Positions 51,978-63,300 of a DNA stretch of 64,000 nucleotides are shown piece after piece. Position 1 is the stretch's first letter. Each line of letters starts with the position of its first letter. Both the position numbers and the translations under genes were made by a program. This DNA is from Cycas panzhihuaensis (taxonomy: Eukaryota > Plantae > Cycadophyta). Where the stretch lies: contig CM041465.1 of the NCBI GenBank assembly GCA_023213395.1, positions 3,906,001-3,970,000 of the forward strand. Direction: 5' to 3'. The notes under the pieces were generated by a model. That model made no database searches and was not told the DNA's origin. It saw only the letters and a program-made list of their open reading frames with translations.

Positions 51978-54158
51978 TGTGGATGTAAAATGGGGTGATA
52001 AAATCCACTAACCTACATGACTTGATGAAGGAGTTCTAAGTTCAAAACTACACTTATAATATCCTTAATGTCCTCCCTAGGGATTCCTCTCCTGTGATTG
52101 TTTCAACTTTTTGAGTTTTACTAAGATGTGAGAAAAGCTAAGCTAATGGAAAAATAGTTTGTCTTGTTTTGGTTTCTAGGCTTTTATATAATTGCAAAGA
52201 TATGTAGCTGAGAGAGTAGGACAATACAACCAAAGAAACTACAAGATCAAACTCACATAAATCTTTTTATTTTTTTGTTTTCTTAGTTTTAAATCAAAAG
52301 CAAACAAAGTAGAAACTATGCATATAAGTTCCTTTTTCTTTTTTTTCTTTGTTTTTCAAAATGAAATATGTGCATGTAACTATGAGATGGCTTTCCTACA
52401 TGTACACTTTACTTCAAAAGAGATGGTACTATTCAAAATCTGATTTTTTGTTTTTAATTTTTAATGTAAATCTCTTTTCAGAAAATCAATCAACATGTGT
52501 AAAGAAAATTAATCCACATGTTTCATATTCCTTTTCATGCAATCTATTTCTCTAAAAAGATAATGAAATAATGCACTCTCTTAAGAGAAATTACTGTTGT
52601 TTTATCTGATAATTTTTAGACCTATGAGATGATAGACAAACCATAAATCTAAATAATAATCATCTATACAGACTAGTGACCAAAGGTTCTATCGCAATTA
52701 GAGTAGTAAGAGCTCCAAAAGGATCCTCGAACCTAACATAAAACTAAAATCAAAGATACTTTAACCAAACAACATTTTTAACTTTTTATTTTCAAGATAA
52801 AAAGAACTAACTTGAAAATAAAAGTTCATGCAATCACTGATATAAGATAAAAACTTCTTTTCTATTATAAAGAATGCCTCAAAATGGTAGTTTTCTTTTC
52901 AATTGACTAACTTTCCCACACTCTTTCCTTTAAAGCAAGATCAAATAAGGAAGAATTAACAATCTAAAGAGGTCAAACTAGAGCCAAAAAATAGCAAAAG
53001 AGAACAACAATCTAACTGAAATATAAACTGCTATGAGAGAGTGGGAAGGAGTAGCTAGATATATGGTGGAGAGATAACCATGTCCCACCCTAGTCTATCC
53101 TTAAGGAACCCCACAAAGGGCTGACCTTTCAGTGTATATTTTAGTATCCAAAATCAAAATGATAGTGCAACAGTAATCAGTCAGGGAAAAGAAAATATTT
53201 TAAGCCAAAATTACCTTTAAAACACCATAAAATAAGTTTGAAATTCAATAGGAAAGATTTTACTAAAGCAAGAGAATTTTGAAGCATGAAACTAATGAAG
53301 ATCTAAGAAAATAGAAGCTTAGACCATCAACAATTGAATAGTAGCAACACAACAACAAAACTTCTTCAAGATTTCAGCCAATAATCTTGATAAAATCAAG
53401 TCTTTAAACTCACAATAACAATCCTTAAGAAATCTCTAAAAAAAACTCTAAACTTTTCACAATACTAGCCTCAAATCATTTCTTCTCTTCTAATTTATAA
53501 TCAAAACTAACTCTTTAATACTTATGGGCATTAAAGGCATCAAATCCCACCAAATCTAGGTGGTGGAATGCAAAAATTTTGGTGTTCTGCCAAAATTTTC
53601 ATTGCATGATAGTGAAAAATGTGATCAGTCGTATTTTTCACCTACCAAAAATACGACTTTATTCTAAAAATGTGATTGGTCACGTTTTTGATAGTGTGAA
53701 AATTGTGATTTCAGTAAAGTAAAAATTTAATCAAAAAATGATAAAAATTAATATTTAATAAGGATTTAATCATAAAAATGACTTTATTAAAGAGTAAGTA
53801 AGCCCATAATGAGGTAAAATACATTAAGTACAAGCCCAAAACTAATAAACAACAAAATTGTGGGTGAAATCTTAAAAGAGATACCAAATTTTGAAAGAAG
53901 AATAAGGTTAAGTTGATCATAAAGAAAACTTTGATGCCATAGTTTACGTTATTAGTAGGTAATGATAAAAATACAAACCACATCAACATTCATCACATTT
54001 CATTAATAAAAAATCATGTATTAGTTTAATAAAACATCACCTAATTCATCAAGTACAATCATCATCAATCAATTACCTTTTATGAAACCATATAGAACAT
54101 GTACCAACTTATGAATATAATTCAAATATAAGTGAAGAGGCTAGGTTTTAGTGAAACA
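51978..54158 (-). repeat. Putative ~2.2-kb LTR of a gypsy element
   Basis: Minus strand: purine tract AAGGAGGCAAA directly before TGTTTCAC (54158); plausible end ...TTTTACATCCACA (51978). There is no second copy in the window to confirm it. Confidence 0.5.
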
Positions 54159-54414
54159 TTTGCCTCCTTGGCACTCGAGACTCCTATTCTAAAAAGAGCA
54201 ATAAGATAGTGAGAGGTGGTAATGATGTAGATATTTGTTGCCCTGGTGAAAGTGATAGGAATTAGATGAAATATATGGATGATGATGTAATACTATTCTA
54301 TAACCTAAGATGAAATAGAATTTATACGACAACTAGAATCAACAAGATTCTTGCTAGTAAGTCTACTTAAGAAAGGCTAAGTAACTTTGACTCAAATACA
54401 ATTATTTATACCTA

Positions 54415-54680
54415 TTACAAGGACTGGGCAGCTAATCCCTACAAATCCTACCTAAAAGGACTAGGTATATAACATCAAAAAAGGCCCATATCTATATGTC
54501 TCACCCAAAAGGACTAGGCACCTTATTATTATAAATATATTCAAAAGGACTAGGTATCAAAAAACATTAATAGCTTACCTAATACCCACAAACTAGATAG
54601 GATTTTCACCAAATGAATGGTACCTAATACCCACAAATTGGATGTGCCACTACATCACCAAATACCCACAAACTAGATGG
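54415..54680. repeat. Two short interspersed repeat sets: AA(A)AGGACT(A/G)GG x4, then AATACCCACAAA(C/T)T(A/G)GAT x3
   Basis: Copies near 54419, 54454, 54507, 54543 and near 54581, 54626, 54661. Confidence 0.85.
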
Positions 54681-54699
54681 GCCACTACTATACTCCTGG

Positions 54700-55030
54700 T
54701 CATAGTTTGTCTCTCATTAACCATGCATCAGAGGGCAGTCTTTTTACTAGAGCAAAAAGGATGGACTGTCATAGTTTATCGGCTCATTAACAAGTGACTT
54801 TTCAGAGGAAACCCATCATAGTTTAGCCTCATTAATGGGGTGAAGGCTTTCAAAGGCTAATTATAATCTTTTAACCTCATTAATAATCAGCTTCAGAGGG
54901 ATCCCTATCATAGTTTAGGCTCATTAATGAGTATGGAGGCCTCAGACCATAAATCCTAACATAGTTTTAACTTATTAATATGCGAAAGGAGTTTCACATC
55001 ATAGGTCTTATCATAATTTAGACTTATTAA
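54700..55030. repeat. Array of 7 conserved ~20-bp cores (TCATAGTTTAGNCTCATTAA) separated by dissimilar 24-48-bp spacers
   Basis: Cores start at 54700, 54769, 54816, 54864, 54908, 54959 and 55011. Confidence 0.9.
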
Positions 55031-55320
55031 CAAGCTGATGAAAGCTTAGAGTTTAGTCCCCATGAAGGTAAATACCAAAGATCAATACATGAAGTAGGAT
55101 CCAGTAATCCATTAGACCTCCATGGGAGAAGAATAGTTCAAATAATCCCCTTTTCATAATGAAACAATAACTTGACCTCATCAAAGCAAGAGCATGTATT
55201 TTGGGAATTTCAATGTTAACTTGATGAGAGTAATGATCAAATAATGGTGCATTTTACTTTGATGAAGTCAATGGGTAGTATAGAAGATTCAACAGGAAAA
55301 AAGGGTAAAAAGGGCCCCTT

Positions 55321-55328
55321 TATATAAA
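55321..55328 (+). promoter_or_regulatory. TATA box of the PMD-like gene
   Basis: CCCCTT-TATATAAA-GG, 150 bp upstream of ATG 55471. Confidence 0.55.
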
Positions 55329-55470
55329 GGAAAACTGATGAAAATTAACTTCATTTTCACAGATGAGGGGAGGAGAAAACAAGAGATCTTGAGGTGATCT
55401 CTTTGCTTTTTGGAGAGACCATAAACTCTTTTGGATAGGGGATCAACTCTATAGAGTCTTAGGGATTGAG

Positions 55471-57640
55471 ATGGAGCAGAGAGTAAGATACCTGGTGAGT
55501 AGAATGCTTTAATGCTTTTTATTTTTTCATTTTTTAATGAAAAATACGAAAATACAGTGTAAAAAGTACATGTACTAAACTAAAAACATGATTTCCAAAT
55601 GAAAAATACAATAAACCAGTGAAAAACATGACTTTAGTATTTAGGCCATTGAAAGAGGTTACAATATTTGCTATGAAATCATGTTTTTCACTATGAATCT
55701 ATATTTTTCACTGTGAAATTATGTTTTTCACAATGAAATTATGTTTTTCGATCTAATGAACATATTTTTGAGATTTTAACAAATAAAACTTCAAAAACAT
55801 GGAGTTTTTAAGTTAAAAATATTATTGATAGACTAAAACTATTACAATGAAAGCCCTGGAGAGAGTGGAGACTCATGAGAATGAGGGAGTTACCATCAGA
55901 GAGCTCATTAGCCAGCAGGATGAGGTGAGATAGAGGATACTATGAGTTTGTGAACTAGCAAGAGTAAGTGCATCGACCTAGCTCATGATAGAGCATGAGA
56001 TCCTACATGATTTCATGAGATGTTGGATCCCAAAATGTAATGTATTCAGAGTTTGAGTGATCGGGGACCTAGAGACCACTCTGAGAGATGTAGGGGGGAT
56101 CTTAGGTGTCATCTAGCATACACAAAGAGTACGCCTTGTTAGGATGACAGATCAGACACAGATGGTGTGAAACAGTTACTTAACAGGATTTACTGATCAA
56201 ATAGATCAATATAGGATCTCTATTGAGGCCATCAAGATAGTAGGGGATGTTCTAGTAGTGAAGAGGATCATCACCCTTATCATCATGTACTAGATAGCTA
56301 GAATGCAGAACTTTATGGGGATCCTAGTTTAATGGATAGGTATTGTAAGACAATGTGAGGAGGGCATCCCGATCAACTAGAGGTAGTATGTAGTAGATAT
56401 CATTAACCACTAGCTATCGAGGATCCATAGGATAGGGGGGGGGGCTTCTCTTATAGTTCCATCCTCATGTGTTAGATCTATAATCATATTCTATTGATAC
56501 AACCACGGGGAGAACCAAGAGCATTGACATTGATGGATCTAAGAATAAACAGGTGGTATATGAGATCTCAGATCCATAATATACCAACCATTATCATGAG
56601 GATGACACATAGTCCCCTCCTTAGAAGGATGATAAGGAGGCAACTAATCGAGGATGTGTATACTAGGCTCCCAATGTGGAGCAATAATGAGATGGATATT
56701 GTAGAGAGAGTAGTAGTAGAGGAGGCTCTAGTAGTAGGGAGAGGGAGAGGGGGAGGATGTGACAGAGGAGCATGCAATGGTAGAGGTATTAGGAGAGGAG
56801 AGTAGGTGAGATGAGGAGGTAGAGGAGGTGCCTCCTCTAGTGGTCGAGTAGGGAGTAGTCAATAGGTGCTCGGATGAGAGGTTGAGTACCTATAGGGGGG
56901 AGAGGGGGCTTCATTTAGAGCATGGAGCTAGGATCTATAGATAAGTAGGGTAGGGATAGAGGGAGTGGAGCTAGCAAGGGAGGAGCTACATAGAGGGCTC
57001 GCTAGGAGCTATAGGGAAGAGAGTTACCACCAACAGGGGAGGTACTAGGTGGAGAGCTAGTAGGAGGATCTCTAGGTATGTGATTTAATTGGTTTATTTT
57101 CTTACATCACATTATATTCCTTTGATTTTAAGGATCTTTTTTCTTTTTGAGGGATTGATCATAGATAGCATGTTTTCTGTTGGATAGGTGATGAGATGGT
57201 TACCTTGAGGGAGGTTTAGAGGACCCTGGAAGTAATCTTCCCATATGTTCCAACATTAGATGAGGCATCCACTTAGAACATAGTAGATCACAGACTACTA
57301 GGGCACTATACAGAGTATTATAGCCATGCGTTAAGAGCTTAAGATCTCTATATGGATATGAGGATGGAGCTAAAAAGGTGAGAGATGAAGCTGAGGGCAG
57401 GTGAGAAGGAGAGGAGACATCTATAGAGGATGATACTGGCTTAGGTGGGAGCTAGATATACCCCATCATCTAGTGCTACTATGCATCAGGGATGACATCA
57501 CCTCCTACCCAGCGGAGAGTCTATGGATGGGGAGATTTCAAGTAGGAGAGAGAGTACATTCAAATGTACCTCAAGGGTCTCATCAGAAGTCAAAGAGGTG
57601 ATGAGTGTATGATATACTACCTGGGAGATAGGAGGATGAT
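55471..57640 (+). pseudogene. Three-exon PMD-like gene (exons 55471-55494, 55832-57075, 57188-~57640), decayed
   Basis: MEQRVRYL|GTGAGT...TAG|TKTITMKALE... is in frame and leads to HEILHDFMRCWIPKCNVFRV*VIGDLETTLRDVGGILGV (55994-56110, PMD motif). RGG-rich middle. Second intron GTATGT...TAG at 57076-57187. Confidence 0.75.
55670..55750. repeat. 20-bp tandem repeat x4 (CTATGAAATCATGTTTTTCA)
   Basis: Four consecutive units inside intron 1 of the PMD-like gene. Confidence 0.85.
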
Positions 57641-58010
57641 ACGAGGTATTTTATGAGCCTCAAGTATGTATTATGGATGTATATATCATGCGTTATGAGC
57701 CATGTATCATGAGTCACCTAGGTGATAAATGTACTATATTTTTTGACATCATATATATATTGATCTTTTTTTCTTAAAAATTATGTATGATTACTTATCT
57801 TTGAACCCTTTAACCTCCTTATTCCCATTTATACTTGAGCATAGATACACTCATTAGTGTGACTTGTCCAAGGAAACATATAATAAACTTTTATCATTTT
57901 TACTTTTTTTTTGTTCTTTTATGGTTATGTACTTTTTTTTAAATTTGACATACTATATATAGGGTAGTTTATACTTATTCTAGAGTGGTATGGTTTAGGA
58001 AAGACAAGAT

Positions 58011-60368
58011 TATGAGAAATAATGAAAACTAGAAGATAAATAAAAGATTAAAATGGAATAAGTGGAAGGTTTACTTATTCTATTTTTATAAACGTAAAAA
58101 CATCTAGAACCTAAATGATAATAATTTTATAAAAGTAGAAGTTCTAGGTAATGTGACAACAATGGTTAAGAGGCTAAAATTTTGATAGGTTGGCAGCACG
58201 GTTTCCCCTCCAAACGTTCCTTAGGGGGTTCTAAGGGGGGTAGGAGCCTCCCTTTAACACTGGAAAGTATATTAAATTGTAAAGAGAATCAAGGTCATTC
58301 GCTCAAAATACCTTAGATTCTATGGTCGAGATTTGTGCCTTGGATAACCCTCTTATGTAGCCTGATTTAGGGCATTTTTCATTATGTTAATAGTGTTCAA
58401 TATACTATGAGAAGTTGGGTTGTTGGTTGTTGTTGTTGTAAGCACTTTACTATAGGATTATATATATTTTCTCCATTCTACAATAATAAAGATCGATACA
58501 TTTCCTGTGTAGATGTTTCCCTAGCACACTACTAGGGTTTTACCATATTATATCAAGTGTACATGTGATGCTTGGCTTTCTTGTTCATTTTATTGTTTTA
58601 TCTCTAGTTTAAGAACTTGCATGTTAAATTTTAGTTTCGATTCCTATAACTAATTATATGAATAGTTTAGATCTTGGTGGCAATTTAAGGGTTGGGACCT
58701 TATCTTCTCAACAAGTGGTATCATAGCCACTTTTATTTTTGCAGCGAGTTTGTGAAGGTTTTAGTATTAGCTTTTTCTATACCAAATGGCGAAACTAGTA
58801 AGTGTAAAGTTCAAGGTGGAGAAATTCAATGGCAAGAACAACTTCAAGTTGTGGAAGTTGAAAGCATATAATATTCTTGTATAACAAGGTTTGTACAGAG
58901 CTCTTGCAAACAAAATAAAAAAACCCACAAGGATGGATGATGACGAATGGGATGATCTAGACAAGAAGGCTCTTAGTGCAATACGATTGTTCTTGGCAGA
59001 TGAAATTCTATTTAACATTATAGGGGAGCAGACAGTAGCAAGATTATGGACCTGGTTGGAAGGCCTGTATATGACCAAATCAATGATGAATTAAATCTAC
59101 TTTAAGAGTTAGTTGTACTCATTACAGATGAAGGAAGGTACAAAAATTACTGACCATTTAAATGTTTTCAATACTATTATTTGTCAGTTGGCTAGTATCG
59201 ATGTTAAAATTGAGGATGAGGACAAGGTTGTTACCTTGTTATGCTCATTACTAGAATCCTGGGATAATATTGTCATCTCAATTAGTTTTAGCACTAGAGA
59301 TGAATTAGAATATGATTCTATTGTGAGTGCTTTGCTGATGGAAGAAGTGTAGAGGAAGTCTAGTCTTGAAACCTCCACACCATAAGCTATGACAACAAGA
59401 AGTAGAAAAATTGATAGAGTACAAAGCTCTAGGGGTGTATCAAGGTCGAAGTCAAAAGGCAAGAAGAGTAAGCTTAGGTGTTGGCACTGTAATAAGATTG
59501 GTCACCTCAAGAAGGATTGCTTCAAAAGGAAGGAGTTCTAGAAAAAGGAAGATCTTACCAAGGAGGCTAATCAGGTGGAGTTAAATTAAGGTATGGATGA
59601 TGATGTCTTGGTCACTTATAATGTTTCCCATTATTACCATGATTGGTTATTAGATTTAGGTGCTTCACACCACATGTGTCCTCACAAGAGTTGGTTCTCA
59701 TCGTACCAACCTCTTAACGATGGTGATGTGCTTATAGGAAATGAAGTTTCTTGTAAGATAATGGGCATTGGTAGCATCATAATTAAAATGTTTGATGGTG
59801 TAGTGAGAACATTAGCTGAGGTTAGACATGTACCTGGTCTGAAAAAGAATCTAATTTCCTTAGGTGAACTAAATTCAGGTGGTTATAAGCATATAGGACA
59901 TGAAGGAGTCTTAAAGGTGTCAAAGGGTGCCTTGGTTATTATGAAAGCCTTAAAGAAAGGAAACCTTTACATTTTAATGGAAAATACATATGTAGCTCAT
60001 TTATTGCATTAGATACTTGGGCATATGAGTGAGAGAGGACTTAAGGTGTTGATAAACCATAAGTTACTTCCTAACTTACAACTTTCATATTTGGCTTTCT
60101 GCAAACATTGTATTTTTGGAAAGCAGTGTAGACTCAAGTTTAAAGTAGGGAGTCACACTAGTAAAGGTGTTCTGGATTACATACATTCAGATGTGTGGGG
60201 ACCAACCCCTATAATATCTTGTGGAGGATCATTGTACTTTGTCATATTTATAGATGATTACTCCAGAAAGGTATGGGTCTATTTTTTGAAAAGAAAATCT
60301 AAAGTTTTTAGTGTGTTTAAGCAGTTCAAGGCTCTAGTTAAGAATAGTACTGGTAAGTTAATCAAATG
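58011..60368 (+). mobile_element. 5' half of a Tnt1/Tork-like copia (LTR ends 58713, PBS 58716-58727, gag from 58786, PR, INT interrupted at 60368)
   Basis: MAKLVSVKFKVEKFNGKNNFKLWK; CWHCNKIGHLKKDC; WLLDLGASHHMCPHKSWF; LDYIHSDVWGP...FIDDYSRKVWVYFLK...IKC| then a new LTR. The LTR start at ~58011 is tentative. Confidence 0.9.
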
Positions 60369-63300
60369 TGTTGGAGTGTAATGTCATCACTCAACTCCCT
60401 CTTACCTACCAGGATTGTGCACCTCAATTTAGACATGTGATGCTCAACATGTCAAGGTAAGTTAAGGTAAGTTGAGTTAGTTTATTTGAGTTAAGTTATA
60501 TTATTTTATTATTATTTTGAATTCAGGGGTTGAGGAGTTTCCCTCCTCCCTCAAACTATTTATATTATGGGGTGTACAACCCTGGTGTCTTTAGACACCG
60601 CCTACCTTTGAGGAGATTTGTAATGCTCATTTCTACTACAATGGATTGAACAATAAGGCTTTCATGTGTTTATGCTATTGTGATTGTGATACATTGATAC
60701 ATTGATGCAATATTAGTTTATGGTTATTTGATATATGTTCTGCTCTATTCTCCTACAAATATATTCTAACATTTGGTATCAGAGCATAGTCCTACTATTA
60801 TTGTTTCCTTCATTTGGTATCAGAGTAGGCGATTACTGATCTGTGAAGATTTGTGCAGATCTACGCAGGATTTTCAGCAGCAAGTTATATACATTCAAGT
60901 TTTATTCTCATATTCAAGTTATTTTCTCTTCAGATTTACAGATTTATCATATATTTTGATAGTTTACAAGTTTTTTTGTCTACTTATTTGATATTTTTCA
61001 TAGATTTGTAAAAGAGCATCAGCTGCATACAAAAGTTATCAAGTTTTCTTCAAAGATCTGTAATTTGTTACTTTAGATCTACTATTTTTTATTATAGATC
61101 TACTATACTCACATCGGATCTGCATTATTTAGCTTAAGATCTACTTATTTTATCAAGTTTTTTTAGCATTTTCTACTACATCTAGTTCAGATCTGTTGTA
61201 TTTAATTACAAGTCTATATTTTTCATCATATTTTCTTACTATATTTTTAAGTTTTCTAGAGATCTACAATTTCTGGAGCATATTCAGTTTTTTTTTGGAG
61301 AAGAATACATTGCAGATCTATATATTAGAAGTTTTTGAAGCTTATTTTTCAACTACAAAGTCAACTACAGCTCTGTGTTCTAGATTCTTCAGTTCCATTT
61401 TCAAATTTACATATATTTTATACATCTGCTCAATATATTCCTTTGAAAATTTTTTAAATACAAATATATAAGCATTTTTTATGATATATTCTCTTCAAAA
61501 TATTTGAAAAATTTATCAATATTGTGACTCTGTTATATGAGTATATTGCTCCATTAAGTTGTTTTACTGTTATTACTTGAAGAAATTTCTGTAAAATCTC
61601 TATATCTTTTTTCATATACCTGCAACATATTTGAAAGTTTGTTTCAAATACAAATTTATAGATATTATATATATATATATATATATTTTGTCAATATATT
61701 AAAAAGGGAGAAAGAAGGATCTGGTTTATTTGAAGTATTCATGTTGAAAGGCCTATACAAATCTAGGTTGAAGTACAACTCTTTTACTGTTACTCATTAG
61801 TATTTCCAACTTCTAGCTTGGGTTATATCCTCCAAACCTAGTAGAGTCCTACTTTAGCTTGCCATTTGTTTGATTTGATTCCATAACTACATTTTTTGAA
61901 GAGCAATCGTTCTTAACATTTGTTAAAATGTTTTTTTTTCACTCAAGTGATACTCACATTGTGTAGATCCATACCCCTGATCGAAATCGCCAAGAATTTG
62001 CAGCGTAACCATACTCACATCAAGAACCTCATTCTTCTCTTTGTTATATGTGTGATTTTAAGTTTAGGCCCAATTGTTGAGCCATATTTTTAAAAGGACA
62101 AATATCCAAAGATCAGACTACTCTACGTCACCTTATGTAAGAGGCTTAAATCAAATCCTCTTTGTTCCTTATTAACTTCAAAATATACAAAAGAGAATCC
62201 AAAGCCTTGCAGCCTCTCCTTTCCAAGCTCTCATGCCTGGTTCACCTCATTCTTTCAATACATTGGTTCTTTTAATCTACACTCATTGAATAAATATTGT
62301 AATCATACAATGAGCACTTATGTTATCATAATAAAAAAACCCAAGTGCATAAGCATCAAGATCCCGCATTCTCTGAATATTTGTACAAAAATACTTTCTA
62401 GATGAGACATTAAGCATATTGACCTTCTGAGGACTTCTATTACAATAAATGAAGTTAGAGATCTACAACAGATGCTAGTTACTAGAACTTTAAAACTCAA
62501 GAAACTTGGAATTGCTTGCAAACATAGGAAATTGATTTTAAGATTTATAGAGAAATACAGGCAAGGACTATGAAGAACCGCACATTCTGACTCGTCCCAA
62601 CTAAGCTTCAACCTCAGTCTCAAACTTCCTTAGGAATTTAGACGAGCATTCTTTTCCTTCGTTACTCTTCTTCATGGTGTCTCTGTCATTTATTCTCCTT
62701 TTGCAGTAGACTACATAACTATCTCAATTATTTTATGAGAACTCCTGCCAACAACTTGAATACTATCCCCAGTTGTGGAAGTCTCCACATCATTGAAAGA
62801 CCGCTAACTTTTCTGTTGTATCTGCCTTCTAAACTCCTGCATCCTCTCTGCTAGTGCTGCTTACTGCTTACTCAAAATTTCTACCATTCTATCCGTTTTG
62901 CCATTCTGCCATTCTATCCATTCGTCTTCTTCATCTTCCGGTGCGCAACTATTGTCTCCTCCTCCAGCGTCGAGGCTTTTGGCGCTGTGCAACCAAACGC
63001 TGGCATTAGTTTCTTCCGGTCGACACTTTATTATCAGCGTTAAGGAGTTGGGAGCGACACACGAGCAACAAACAATTTCATTGGCATGTATGCGTTTGGT
63101 GTCTTGCTCGTGTGAGACCTCGCGTGTTATGTGCAGCTATTGATTGTGTCTCGCGTTTGAGTTAACACGCGGTGCCGTGTCTATTTGTTTAGTGGTATTT
63201 ATTACCACTATTTTTTATCAACATATCAATGTGTGTTGGGCGCGTAGCTAGGCATTGCGTTCAGCAGCAGAAGACAATCCTCCTTCGCTGATCCAAAGAT

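Larger units (their letters stand above)
51978..58000 (-). mobile_element. 3' portion of a second PMD-carrying gypsy element (antisense gene, repeat arrays, PPT, LTR)
   Basis: Architecture parallels 29130-32570 and shares a repeat core. pol is not in the window, so the gypsy assignment is by analogy. Confidence 0.6.

Noticed and set aside
54700-55030. CRISPR array
   Set aside because: Eukaryotic retroelement context, no cas genes, degenerate repeats, variable period and a second conserved motif inside the spacers.
54700-55030. Tandem minimal hammerhead ribozymes (TTAATGAG as deaminated CTGATGAG)
   Set aside because: The required GAAAC is mostly TAAAC or CAAAC, which deamination does not explain, and stem II and the NUH site are not evident. 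It is not supportable without younger copies.
56494-56805. Stand-alone 103-aa Arg/Gly-rich gene
   Set aside because: It is a fragment within the decayed PMD-like gene's second exon.
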